From Dehalococcoidia bacterium (GTDB lineage Bacteria; Chloroflexota; Dehalococcoidia; SM23-28-2; RBG-16-64-32), in NCBI GenBank assembly GCA_963665775.2, contig CAXXTF010000002.1:640001-704000 (forward strand): 64,000 bases of DNA, written 5' to 3'. The translations under genes were made by a program, and so were the position numbers. Each line of letters opens with the position of its first letter. The first letter of the stretch is position 1. Shown here piece after piece: positions 26,683 to 36,627 of the stretch. The notes beneath the pieces were generated by a model that saw only the letters and a list, made by a program, of their open reading frames with translations, searched no databases and was not told the DNA's origin.

Positions 26683-28395
26683 ATGAGCGCGACAGGTAGG
26701 CGCTGGCGGCTTCGGGGACGCTTCCCGGAGGGGGAGCTGAGCGGCGCTCCCCATCCAGCGCTGATCCGTCACCTCCTCTGGCACCGGGGCGTGCGCACAG
26801 CCGCCGAGGCGTCGCGGTTCATGGACCGTTCGCCGGCGGGAACAGGCGAGCACGACCCGCTCCTCTTGCCCGGGATGGAGGAGGCGCTGACGCGGCTGCG
26901 GCAGGCGATCCACGGCGGCGAGCCGGTGGCCGTGTTCGGCGACTTCGATGTAGATGGAGTGACGGCGTCGGCGCTCCTGACGGACGGGCTGCGGCGGTTG
27001 GGGGGCAAGGTGGTGCCGTACATCCCCGATCGTTTCGCCGAAGGATACGGGCTCAACGTGGCCGCGCTAGACACCCTGCGCCAAGCCGGAATCCGGCTGG
27101 TCGTTACGGTGGACTGCGGCACCAGCTCCCTCAGCGAAGTCGAGCACGCCGTCCAACAGGGGATGGAGGTTATCATCCTCGACCACCACACGGTGCCGCC
27201 CCAGCTGCCGGCGGCGGTTGCCACTGTTAACCCTAAACGACCGGATAGCCGATACCCGGAGCCGGAGCTGGCATCGGTCGGCCTGGCCTATAAGCTGGTG
27301 GGCGCTCTGTACGAGGCCCTGGGACAGGCATGGGAGCCCCAACGCTACCTGGAGCTTGTGGCGCTGGGCACGGTGACCGACATGGTGCCCCTCCAGAACG
27401 AGAATCGCTCGCTGGTCAAACGTGGCCTCGCCGCCCTATCGGAGACCGAACGACCGGGTCTGCGAGCACTGATGGAGGCCGCCGGAATCGACCCACCGCT
27501 GGTCGACGCTGAGGCTATCGGCTACGCTTTGGGACCGCGCCTAAACGCCGCCGGCCGCCTCGCCCACGCCCAGCAAGCCTTCGACCTCCTCCTGGAGGAG
27601 GATGAGCCAGCGGCGAACCAGCGGGCGCTGGCGCTTACGGCGCTCAATCAAGAGCGCCAGCGGCAGACCCGGGCGGCCCTGGCGCTGGCGCAGGAGCTAC
27701 TGGCGGAAGAGGACCCCGAAGCCCCCCTCCTCTTCCTCGGCCACGAGGATATCCCCTCGGGTATCGTGGGGCTGGTGGCCGGCCGGCTAGCCGAGGAGCG
27801 CTACCGCCCCACGGTCGTGTACGAGGCGGGCGACCCCACCAGCCGGGCCAGCTGTCGCAGCATCCCGGAGTTCGACATCACGGGGGCGCTGCGGAAATGC
27901 GCGGCGCTCATGCTGCGGTTCGGCGGCCACCGGGCGGCGGCCGGCTTCACTGCGGAGACCGACAAGCTGCCCGCTCTGCGGGAGGCACTCCTGAGACAGG
28001 GGGAGCAGGCGCTGGCAGGAGTCGAGCTGGCGCCTACCATCGACATCGACGCCGCGGTGCCGCTGCACCGCATGTCGGGACCGATGATACAGTCGCTGTC
28101 GGCGCTGGCGCCCTTCGGTCAGGGGAACCCGGAGCCGACGTTCCTCAGCCGCGGCCTGGAGGTGGCCAACGTGCGGACGGTGGGCGCCGACGGGCAACAC
28201 CTGCGGCTGAAGCTGCGGGACGGCGAGATCACGTGGCCCGCCATCGCCTTCGGCCTAGGCCCTCAGAGCCCGGCCCAGATCGACGCTCAGCCCGGCATGA
28301 GGCTGGACGTCGTGTACAGCTTCTCCGCAGATCGGGCAGGGCGCGGTGCCCTGGAGCTGCGGGTGAAGGATATGGCACCGACGGAGCATCCGTGA
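26683..28395 (+). CDS. recJ: single-stranded DNA exonuclease RecJ
   Basis: GDFDVDG, VDCG, LDHH, PRLNAAGR, GGHRAAAG, PFGQGNP. Confidence 0.95.
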   Translation: MSATGRRWRLRGRFPEGELSGAPHPALIRHLLWHRGVRTAAEASRFMDRSPAGTGEHDPLLLPGMEEALTRLRQAIHGGEPVAVFGDFDVDGVTASALLTDGLRRLGGKVVPYIPDRFAEGYGLNVAALDTLRQAGIRLVVTVDCGTSSLSEVEHAVQQGMEVIILDHHTVPPQLPAAVATVNPKRPDSRYPEPELASVGLAYKLVGALYEALGQAWEPQRYLELVALGTVTDMVPLQNENRSLVKRGLAALSETERPGLRALMEAAGIDPPLVDAEAIGYALGPRLNAAGRLAHAQQAFDLLLEEDEPAANQRALALTALNQERQRQTRAALALAQELLAEEDPEAPLLFLGHEDIPSGIVGLVAGRLAEERYRPTVVYEAGDPTSRASCRSIPEFDITGALRKCAALMLRFGGHRAAAGFTAETDKLPALREALLRQGEQALAGVELAPTIDIDAAVPLHRMSGPMIQSLSALAPFGQGNPEPTFLSRGLEVANVRTVGADGQHLRLKLRDGEITWPAIAFGLGPQSPAQIDAQPGMRLDVVYSFSADRAGRGALELRVKDMAPTEHP

Positions 28396-28533
28396 ACGCC
28401 GGCGCGCCGCCACGCCCGATGTTCGGATCAGGCCAACGTCCTGACGCCCTCCCTTCCCTTGCGGCAGCTGAAATCCGTACGATAGAATCGCACCATCGCA
28501 CCGTGACTCCAAGCCAAGCGAGGTAATCCCCTT

Positions 28534-30573
28534 ATGAACGAGTACCCGGCGGAGAGAATACGCAACGTAGCCCTGATCGGCCATAACGGCACCGGAAAGA
28601 CGTCGCTCTCTGAAGCGATGCTTTTCATCGCCGGCGAGGTGACGCGCCTGGGCAAGGTGGAGGACGGCACGACGACCAGCGACTGGGACCCGGACGAGCA
28701 GAAGCGCGGCTTCAGCGTCAACCTCTCCATCCTGCCCCTTGAGTGGGACGGACACAAGATCAACATCCTGGATACCCCCGGCTACGCAGACTTCATGGGC
28801 GAGGTGAGGTGCGGCCTGCGGGCGGTGGAGCTGGCCCTGATAACCGTCTGCGGAGCATCCGGGGTGCAGGTCGGCACGGAGTTCGCCTGGCAGTTCGCTG
28901 ACGACTTGGAGCTGCCGCGAGCGATCTTCGTCAACCGGATGGACCGTGAGAACGCCGACTTCTCCAGCACACTCTCGCAGCTGCAGGCGCTGTGGGGACA
29001 AAAGTGCCTGCAGCTACAGCTGCCGGTGGGGTCGCAGGAGACGTTTCAGGGTGTGGTGGACATCCTGGCCATGAAGGCCTACATGGGGGAGAAGGACGAG
29101 GAGCAGGAAGTGCCCTCGGAGATGACGGCGCAGGTGGAATCGCTCCGGGAGAAGCTGATCGAGGCGGCGGCGGAGACGGACGACGCTCTCATCACGAAGT
29201 ACCTGGAGGGTGAGGAGCTAACCCCGGATGAGCTGACACAGGGGATCCGGGCCGGCATCCGGAATGGGACAATCGTCCCAGTGCTGACCGGATCGGCAAC
29301 GAAGCTGTTCGGTTTGCGACGCCTCCTGGGGACGATGACCGCACTCTTCCCCTCTCCGCTGGATCGGCTGGCCCGGGCAGATGGCGCCGAGCTGGCGGCC
29401 GATCCAGCGGTCACGCTGGCGGCCCTCGTGTTCAAGACGGCGGCCGACCCTTACGTAGGCAGGCTCACCTACTTCCGCGTATTCTCCGGCTCCCTGAAAT
29501 CGGACTCCCAGGTCTGGAACAGCAACCGGCAGACGGCGGAGCGCATCGGCACCGTCTACCTGATAAGCGGCAAGAATCAGGAACAAGTGCCGGGAGCGAG
29601 CGCGGGCGATATCGGCGCCGTGGCGAAACTGGCCGAGACCCAGACGGACGATACCCTGTGCGCCAAGGAGACGGCGGTCACCCTGCCACCCACCTCATTC
29701 CCGCCGCCCGCTTTCAGCGCTGCGATATCGCCGAAGACGAAGGCCGACCTCGACAAGATGGGCAGCGCCCTGCATCGGATCGTAGAGGAGGACCCGAGCC
29801 TGCATCTAGAGCGCAACCCAGACACCAGCGAGACGGTCCTGTCCGGACTGGGCGAATCCCACGTCACGGTCGCCCTGGAGAAGATCCGGCGCAAGTTCGG
29901 CGTCGAGCTGGAGATGGCGATGCCCAGAGTGCCGTACAAGGAAACGGTCACCGTCACGGGACAGGCGGAGTACACCCATAAGAAACAGACGGGCGGCCAC
30001 GGCCAGTACGCCAAGGTGGTCCTACAGGTACAGCCGTTGCCGCGCGGTGAGGGGGTCCACTTCGAGAACAAGACCGTTGGCGGCGTGGTGCCCAAGCAGT
30101 ATGTCGGCTCGGTAGCGAAAGGAGTGGAGGAAGCGTCGCGGGAGGGGGCGCTGGCGCACTACCCGCTGGTGGACCTAAGCGTCAGTCTTATCGATGGTAA
30201 GGAGCACCCGGTCGACTCCTCCGACATCGCCTTCAAGATCGCGGCCTCCATGGCCCTGAAGAAGGGGACACAGGAGGCGCAGCCGGTGCTGCTGGAGCCG
30301 ATCATGAACGTGACGATCACCGCTCCAGAGGCGAACACAGGGGACATCATTAGCGACCTGAACGGGAAGCGCGCGCGGGTCATGGGCATGATCCCTTCCG
30401 GCTCGATGACGATGATCGAGGCGCAGGCACCTCTAGCCGAGGTACAGCGATATGCGGCGGACCTCCGGTCAATGACGCAGGGACGCGGTCAATACTCGAT
30501 GACCTTCTCGCACTACGAGGAGACCCCGGCGCACGTGGCGCAGCGCATCATCGAGCAGGTCCAGAAGAAGTAG
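28534..30573 (+). CDS. fusA: elongation factor G paralogue (EF-G2-like)
   Basis: GHNGTGKT, DTPGYADF, KKQTGGHGQY, HPVDSS; switch I reads RGFS; not in an str operon. Confidence 0.9.
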   Translation: MNEYPAERIRNVALIGHNGTGKTSLSEAMLFIAGEVTRLGKVEDGTTTSDWDPDEQKRGFSVNLSILPLEWDGHKINILDTPGYADFMGEVRCGLRAVELALITVCGASGVQVGTEFAWQFADDLELPRAIFVNRMDRENADFSSTLSQLQALWGQKCLQLQLPVGSQETFQGVVDILAMKAYMGEKDEEQEVPSEMTAQVESLREKLIEAAAETDDALITKYLEGEELTPDELTQGIRAGIRNGTIVPVLTGSATKLFGLRRLLGTMTALFPSPLDRLARADGAELAADPAVTLAALVFKTAADPYVGRLTYFRVFSGSLKSDSQVWNSNRQTAERIGTVYLISGKNQEQVPGASAGDIGAVAKLAETQTDDTLCAKETAVTLPPTSFPPPAFSAAISPKTKADLDKMGSALHRIVEEDPSLHLERNPDTSETVLSGLGESHVTVALEKIRRKFGVELEMAMPRVPYKETVTVTGQAEYTHKKQTGGHGQYAKVVLQVQPLPRGEGVHFENKTVGGVVPKQYVGSVAKGVEEASREGALAHYPLVDLSVSLIDGKEHPVDSSDIAFKIAASMALKKGTQEAQPVLLEPIMNVTITAPEANTGDIISDLNGKRARVMGMIPSGSMTMIEAQAPLAEVQRYAADLRSMTQGRGQYSMTFSHYEETPAHVAQRIIEQVQKK

Positions 30574-30668
30574 GAGGCAGCGCCCGCCTGAGGCGGCGTA
30601 AGGGAGGTAGCGGGCATCGCCTGGGCGGCCCCCCTATGCTGCCGGCGAAACGCCCCCCACCCAGCCCC

Positions 30669-30989
30669 CTACTCGCGGGTGACGATATCCGCGTCAACGA
30701 CCTTCCACTCAGAACCGATCTGATCAGAACCGATCTGAGACCAGCGCGCGCGGACGGTGAATGACTGCGGGCCCACGTACTTCACGTCGTACAGATAGTC
30801 ATCGCCCTCCCGTGTATGGCTCAGGATCTCGTAGGCGTCGATCTGGAGGGCACCGCCACCACCGGCCGCCGCCTGCAGCTTCACCATCGCATCGGGCATG
30901 AGGTCGTTCATTAACTGGGCGATATCCATCGTGACGATCGCCTTGCCATGCCGGTGAACGACATCTTCGATGCCGACATCTTCGCTCAT
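30669..30989 (-). CDS. hypothetical protein
   Basis: 106 aa with AAGGAG SD; internal 15-bp tandem duplication. Confidence 0.6.
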   Translation of the reverse strand: MSEDVGIEDVVHRHGKAIVTMDIAQLMNDLMPDAMVKLQAAAGGGGALQIDAYEILSHTREGDDYLYDVKYVGPQSFTVRARWSQIGSDQIGSEWKVVDADIVTRE

Positions 30990-31190
30990 GGATGCTCCTT
31001 TCTCCTCTCGACTGGGAATATAGATACGTCAGTAGCTAGTGTTAACATCAGGGCACCATTATAGACAACTCCTATTTCTGCGCCTATGTTATCTCGTCTT
31101 TTCATATGCGTTTCCCTTGCCCCGCGTTGCCGCACTGTCTATAGTGGGGATAATATCGCACATTCACTTTAAAGTTCAAGGAGAACCCTC

Positions 31191-31910
31191 TTGCAACGCA
31201 CCCAGGCCTTGACCCTGGCAGATGCGGTGTTCCCGCGCATTCAGACGGACAGCAGGGTAATAGCGCTGGCACGCGACGTCGCACTCATGGCCAGCTTCGC
31301 GGGATTCGTCGCCCTTTGCGCTCAGATCGCGGTGCGCCTCCCCTGGACCACGGTTCCGATCACCGGCCAGACCTTCGCCGTCCTGGTGACAGGGGGCGCG
31401 TTGGGAGCCTGGCGGGGCGCCGGTTCCCTGTCCATCTACATGCTGATCGGCATGATCGGCCTCCCGGTTTTCGCCCCCGGCAGCGCGGGCGTGGCGGGCA
31501 GTTGGGATCTCCACTTCATCCTGCCTTGGAACGGCTCGCATGCCTTCCTGTGGGACATCTCCAGCGGCGGCTACATCGTGGGCTTCATCTTCGCCGCCGG
31601 CCTGGTGGGCTGGCTGGCGGAGCGCCGATGGGACCGAAAGCCCTACGTGCACCTGGGGATGTTCCTGGGGAACGTCGTGCTCTACGTCCCCGGCATACTC
31701 TGGTTGGGCTACCTCATCGGCACGGACTGGATTCATCCTGTGGCCAACCAACCTCTGGGCGACCTGATCGCCGGCTCCGGCACCTGGGACAAGGCGCTGA
31801 AGGGCGGCCTCTACCCCTTCATCGTGGGCGACATGATGAAGCTTTTCCTGGCCTCCCTAACTCTGCCTGCCGCTTGGAGCTTGGTGACCAGGATCAAGCG
31901 CGACAGCTAA
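31191..31910 (+). CDS. bioY: biotin transporter BioY
   Basis: VPITGQTFAV, GLPVFA, GGYIVGF, PFIVGD. Confidence 0.9.
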   Translation: MQRTQALTLADAVFPRIQTDSRVIALARDVALMASFAGFVALCAQIAVRLPWTTVPITGQTFAVLVTGGALGAWRGAGSLSIYMLIGMIGLPVFAPGSAGVAGSWDLHFILPWNGSHAFLWDISSGGYIVGFIFAAGLVGWLAERRWDRKPYVHLGMFLGNVVLYVPGILWLGYLIGTDWIHPVANQPLGDLIAGSGTWDKALKGGLYPFIVGDMMKLFLASLTLPAAWSLVTRIKRDS

Positions 31911-32056
31911 GGCCCCGCGGAAGCCGGCCTCCTTATCGGCGCCCTGGCATCGGTGCTGCTGGCAGGTCTGAGCCTGCTGGATCGAGAGGCCGGCCCGGCG
32001 GTCGGATAGCGCCGTCCTTGACGGGCCTCTCGGCACCTTGCTAGCATGACCCTGGC

Positions 32057-32133
32057 GGGCGATTAGCTCAGTTGGTTAGAGCGCAGCGTTGACATCGCTG
32101 AGGTCAGTGGTTCGAGCCCACTATCGCCCACCA
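32057..32133 (+). tRNA. tRNA-Val(GAC)
   Basis: Cloverleaf; anticodon arm CAGCG-TTGACAT-CGCTG; TTCGA; encoded CCA. Confidence 0.97.
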
Positions 32134-32158
32134 GCGTGCCAAAACACGAGGGCTGCCG

Positions 32159-32205
32159 GTGCCGCACTACGTTTACGTCCTGGAGAGTCTATCCAGCGGC
32201 AGAGT
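32159..32205 (+). pseudogene. GIY-YIG nuclease N-terminal fragment
   Basis: HYVYVLESLSSGR with no following YIG motif. Confidence 0.4.
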
Positions 32206-32321
32206 CATTGGGGAAATGTGGGTGGAACCACGGCGCGCCCCCCGTCCCACAACAGGTCCGGGGGACGTGTCATTTGGGGGAGAAGAAGATGGGACCGGAT
32301 ACAAAGAGCGAGGGGCCGACA

Positions 32322-32534
32322 ATGCGGCTGATGCGGCTGTGGCTCTGGGCCGCGCCCCTGGGGATGCTGGCGCTTGCCGTGCTGTTCGCCGTACTGGCCG
32401 TAGACGAGGAGAATTGGGGCCTGCTGGCGGCGATGGTCGTCCTGGCGCTGGTGGCAGCGGCGCTCTTCGCGCTGCAGTGGCGACTGCTGCGGAGGCTGCG
32501 CTCGTTGTACACGAAGGATCAGGCGAGGGGTTAA
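32322..32534 (+). CDS. small two-TM membrane protein
   Basis: Two hydrophobic segments, GAGGGG SD, ends 1 nt before thrS. Confidence 0.55.
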   Translation: MRLMRLWLWAAPLGMLALAVLFAVLAVDEENWGLLAAMVVLALVAAALFALQWRLLRRLRSLYTKDQARG

Positions 32535-32535
32535 C

Positions 32536-34281
32536 ATGGCAACGCAACAAGAGCTGACCCAGGAGGAGCGGCTGGTGCGGCTGCGGCACTCCGCCGCCCA
32601 TATCATGGCCGAGGCTGTGCTGGGGATCTTCCCGGAGGCGCAGTTAGGCATCGGGCCGCCCATCGATACGGGCTTCTACTACGACTTCGGCCTCCCTCGC
32701 TCCCTCACCAGCGACGATCTGCCCGTCATCGAGGAGCAGATGCGGCAGCGGGTCGAGTCCGACATCCCCTTCGCCCACGACAACATATCGAAGGAGGAGG
32801 CCCGCAAGCTGTTCGCGGATCAGCCGTACAAGCTGGAGCTCATCGACGGCATCCCAGACGAGACGGTGAGCCTGTACCGGCACGGAAAGTTCGTGGACCT
32901 GTGCCAGGGGCCTCACGTGGAGCGCACCGGGCAGGTGCGCGCCTTCAAGCTGATGAACGTGGCCGGGGCCTACTGGCGCGGGAACGAGCGCAAGCCGATG
33001 CTCCAGCGGGTCTACGGGGCGCTGTACGAGACGGAAGAGGAGTTGCAGGCCCACCTGGAAGGGATCGAGGAGGCGCTCCGGCGGGATCACCGGCGGCTGG
33101 GCCGGGAGCTGGACCTCTTCTCGTTTCACGAGGAGTACGGCCCCGGGCTCGTCTACTGGCACCCTAAGGGCGGCCGCGTGCGTACCGCCATCGAGGACTT
33201 CTGGCGACAGGAGCACTACCGAGCGGGATACGATCTCGTATACTCTCCGCACATCGGCAAGTCGACGCTGTGGGAGACCAGCGGCCACCTGGATTTCTAC
33301 GCCGAGAATATGTACTCGCCCATGGATGTGGACGGACAGGACTACTACCTTAAGCCCATGAACTGTCCCTTCCACATCCAGATGTACAAGAGCGCGCTCC
33401 GGAGCTACCGAGAGTTGCCCATCCGGCTGGCCGAGCTAGGAACGGTGTACCGGTACGAGCGGTCCGGGGTGCTGCACGGGCTCATGCGGGTGCGCGGCTT
33501 TACCCAGGACGATGCCCACATCTTCTGCCGGCCGGACCAGGTGAAGGCGGAGATAGAGCGCTGCGTGGACTTCATGCTGCTATTCTTCCGCGCCTTCGGC
33601 TTCACCGATTTTCACGTCTACCTATCTACCAGAGACGAAGGCGGCAAGTTCGCCGGCTCCCTCGAGGAGTGGGAGATGGCGACGAACGTGCTGCGGCAGG
33701 TCATCCAGGAGCGAGCGCTTCCCCATGACATCGACGAGGGCGGCGCCGTCTTCTATGGCCCCAAGATCGACGTCAAGCTGCTCGACAGCCTGGGGCGAGA
33801 GTGGCAGTGCTCGACGATACAGTTCGACTTCAACCTGCCGGAGCGGTTCGACGTGACGTACGTCGGGGAGGATGGGCACGAGCGCCGGCCCTATATGGTA
33901 CACCGAGCGCTTCTCGGCTCCATGGAGCGCTTCTTCGGCGTCCTCATCGAGCACTACGCGGGAGCGTTTCCCCTTTGGCTGGCGCCGGTGCAGGCCACGC
34001 TCATCCCCATCGCCGACCGTCACATCGAGTACGCCCGTAACGTTGCCGGCGACCTACGAGCGGCCGGTCTCCGTGCGCATGTGGACGAGCGGGGCGAGCG
34101 GATGCAGGCGAAGATCCGAGACGCCCAGTTGCAGAAAGTGCCGTACATGCTGGTGGTGGGAGACCGCGAGGCGGAGGCCGGGGCCGTGGCCGTGCGCCTG
34201 CGCAACGGCGAGGACCTGAAGGCTCGACCCCTACCAGAGGTCATCGAACGAATGCAGGCCGAGGTGGCCAGCAAGCAATAA
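32536..34281 (+). CDS. thrS: threonine--tRNA ligase
   Basis: HSAAH, DLCQGPH, DHRRLG, KPMNCP, YGPKID, HRALLGS. Confidence 0.97.
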   Translation: MATQQELTQEERLVRLRHSAAHIMAEAVLGIFPEAQLGIGPPIDTGFYYDFGLPRSLTSDDLPVIEEQMRQRVESDIPFAHDNISKEEARKLFADQPYKLELIDGIPDETVSLYRHGKFVDLCQGPHVERTGQVRAFKLMNVAGAYWRGNERKPMLQRVYGALYETEEELQAHLEGIEEALRRDHRRLGRELDLFSFHEEYGPGLVYWHPKGGRVRTAIEDFWRQEHYRAGYDLVYSPHIGKSTLWETSGHLDFYAENMYSPMDVDGQDYYLKPMNCPFHIQMYKSALRSYRELPIRLAELGTVYRYERSGVLHGLMRVRGFTQDDAHIFCRPDQVKAEIERCVDFMLLFFRAFGFTDFHVYLSTRDEGGKFAGSLEEWEMATNVLRQVIQERALPHDIDEGGAVFYGPKIDVKLLDSLGREWQCSTIQFDFNLPERFDVTYVGEDGHERRPYMVHRALLGSMERFFGVLIEHYAGAFPLWLAPVQATLIPIADRHIEYARNVAGDLRAAGLRAHVDERGERMQAKIRDAQLQKVPYMLVVGDREAEAGAVAVRLRNGEDLKARPLPEVIERMQAEVASKQ

Positions 34282-34401
34282 ACCGTCCAAGCGGCTGCCC
34301 GGAGCGGTCGCTTGCCGGCCCAGAAGAGGTATGATACAAGGGACGCGGAATTGGGGGATCAGCCTCCATCTCGGATAGAAACTGCGTAAGTCGGCACATC
34401 G

Positions 34402-35937
34402 ATGTTCAAGAAGCTCCTCATAGCCAATCGCGGCGAGATCGCCCTCCGCATCGTTCGTGCCTGTCGTGAGATGGACATCACCGCCGTCGCCGTCTACTCG
34501 GAGGCGGATTGCAACTCGCTCCACGTGCGCCACGCCGACGAGGCGTATCTCATAGGGCCCGCCCCGGCCCAAGAGAGCTACCTGAACGCGGCGAATATCC
34601 TTGGCGTCGTCCGGAAAGCGGGCATAGACGCCGTCCACCCGGGATACGGCTTCCTGGCCGAAAATGCGGACTTCGCGGAAGCCTGTCAGAACGCCGGCGT
34701 AACCTGGGTGGGACCGACTCCCCAGTCGATAAGGCTGATGGGAGACAAGGTGCGGGCCCGGAAGGTGATGCAGGAAGCCGGTCTGCCGGTGGTACCGGGA
34801 ACGGACGAACTGACGTCGCAGTCCAGGGCAGAGGCCGAGGCCACCGGAATCGGCTACCCGATCCTCATCAAGGCAACGGCCGGGGGTGGCGGCAAAGGCA
34901 TCCGGACCGTGTACCGACCGGAAGAGTTGCCCATGGCGCTGGAGGCAGCGAGACAGGAAGCGGCCTCCGCCTTCGGACACGGGGCGGTGTACATGGAGAA
35001 GTTCCTGGAGCCGGTACGTCACGTCGAGGTGCAGATCATCAGCGACGGTCACGGCAACGTCGTCTCCCTGGGCGAGCGGGAATGCTCCATCCAGCGGCGG
35101 CACCAGAAGATGATCGAAGAGGCGCCCTCCACGGCCGTCGGCCCGCGACTACGCCAGCGGCTCAGGGAGATGACGATAGGGGCAGCCAGGGCCGTGGACT
35201 ACACGAACGTCGGAACCATCGAATTCCTTATCGATCAGCAAGGAAGCGTTAACTTCCTGGAGATGAACACCCGCCTCCAGGTGGAGCACCCTGTGACCGA
35301 GATGGTGACGGGCGTGGACCTGGTAGCCGACCAGATCCGGGTGGCCGCCGGCGAGACCCTGCCATACAAGCAGTCTGATATCCGAGTGAGGGGTTGGGCC
35401 ATCGAGTGCCGGATAGCGGCTGAGGACCCGTTCAACCACTTCCTCCCCTCGGTTGGTTCGGTAAGCTTCGTCTCGGTGCCGGGCGGGCCCGGCGTGCGGG
35501 TCGATTCAGCCCTATACGATGGCCTGGCGATCTCCTACGACTACGACCCGTTGATCGCCAAACTCTGCACCTGGGGCCGCGACCGGCAGGAGGCGATTCA
35601 CCGCATGCGGCGGGCCTTGCGGGAGTTTAAGATCGTTGGTGTGAGCACCAACATCCCGTTCCACCTACAGGTAATGCAGAACGCACACTTCCTGACCGGC
35701 AAGGTGGACACCGGCTTCGTGGAGAAGCACTTTCAGCCGCGCCAGGATAATGGCCTGGGCGAGGAGAGAGTGGCGCTACTGGCGGCGGCCCTACTAACCC
35801 ATCGGCACGGATGCTCAAGCCAGACAACCCCCGCGCAGAGACCTCCGATAAGCGGCTGGCGCCTGCGCGGGCGCCAGGACAGCACAAGACACGGTCGCTG
35901 GGCCGCGGGCAAGGTGGCATGGCGGAACGGTACCTAG
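34402..35937 (+). CDS. accC: biotin carboxylase (acetyl/propionyl-CoA carboxylase type)
   Basis: IANRGEIA, HPGYGFLAEN, GGGGKG, CSIQRRHQK, EMNTRLQVEH. Confidence 0.92.
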   Translation: MFKKLLIANRGEIALRIVRACREMDITAVAVYSEADCNSLHVRHADEAYLIGPAPAQESYLNAANILGVVRKAGIDAVHPGYGFLAENADFAEACQNAGVTWVGPTPQSIRLMGDKVRARKVMQEAGLPVVPGTDELTSQSRAEAEATGIGYPILIKATAGGGGKGIRTVYRPEELPMALEAARQEAASAFGHGAVYMEKFLEPVRHVEVQIISDGHGNVVSLGERECSIQRRHQKMIEEAPSTAVGPRLRQRLREMTIGAARAVDYTNVGTIEFLIDQQGSVNFLEMNTRLQVEHPVTEMVTGVDLVADQIRVAAGETLPYKQSDIRVRGWAIECRIAAEDPFNHFLPSVGSVSFVSVPGGPGVRVDSALYDGLAISYDYDPLIAKLCTWGRDRQEAIHRMRRALREFKIVGVSTNIPFHLQVMQNAHFLTGKVDTGFVEKHFQPRQDNGLGEERVALLAAALLTHRHGCSSQTTPAQRPPISGWRLRGRQDSTRHGRWAAGKVAWRNGT

Positions 35938-36470
35938 TCCGGCTGGGCGACCAGCTCAAAGAGCTTGAGGTCGAGGATACTGCTGCCGGCCTCCGGATCA
36001 AGGTAGACGGCGAGTGGCATACCGCGCGGCTGGAGCAGGTGGGGCAAAGCTCCCTCTACGCCCTCATCGTGGACGACCACCCCTACGAGTTGTTCGCCGA
36101 GGAGAGGGCCGAGGGGTACGACATCGTCATCGGCTGGGACCGCTATCAGGTTGCTGTAGGCGCCCAAGGACGGCAACCGCGATCGCTCCCGACACCGCCC
36201 GGCCAGGCGGTAACAGAGCGGGAAGAGGCGGGCGGCTGGGTCGTCCTCTCACCGATGACGGGGGTCGTATTCGAGATGTATGTGCAGTCCGGGGACGAGG
36301 TGACCGAGGGTGACGTGCTCATGGCGCTCGAGGCGATGAAGATGAACAACGAATTGCGGGCCCAGCGATCGGGGATCGTCGGCGAGGTGTACGTGGAGAA
36401 GGGGCAGAGGGTAGAGCAAGGATCGTCGCTGCTGCTCCTTAGTAGCGTCCAAGAGCCGTCAGAGACGTAG
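35919..36470 (+). CDS. biotin carboxyl carrier protein
   Basis: SPMTG...EAMKMNNE. Confidence 0.9.
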   Translation: MAERYLVRLGDQLKELEVEDTAAGLRIKVDGEWHTARLEQVGQSSLYALIVDDHPYELFAEERAEGYDIVIGWDRYQVAVGAQGRQPRSLPTPPGQAVTEREEAGGWVVLSPMTGVVFEMYVQSGDEVTEGDVLMALEAMKMNNELRAQRSGIVGEVYVEKGQRVEQGSSLLLLSSVQEPSET

Positions 36471-36627
36471 CGACCGCAGCCGTTCAACTTCTCTATCCAG
36501 GAGTTGGAGCCGACGCCCAACGTGACGCGCCCAAGATCCGGAACGAGATGGTTGAACGGCGTGTAACGGCCCTAAGACTTCCTGTATCTACATGGTAGGC
36601 TGAGCAACCTGGAAAGGTATGAAGTAA

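Noticed and set aside
26236-28395. 719-aa extended RecJ; also the 644-aa NadB and 562-aa NfeD track ORFs
   Set aside because: The extensions overlap upstream genes and are low-complexity GC-rich read-through.
32134-32535. T-box leader for thrS
   Set aside because: No T-box motif or antiterminator seen; a small membrane ORF occupies the region.
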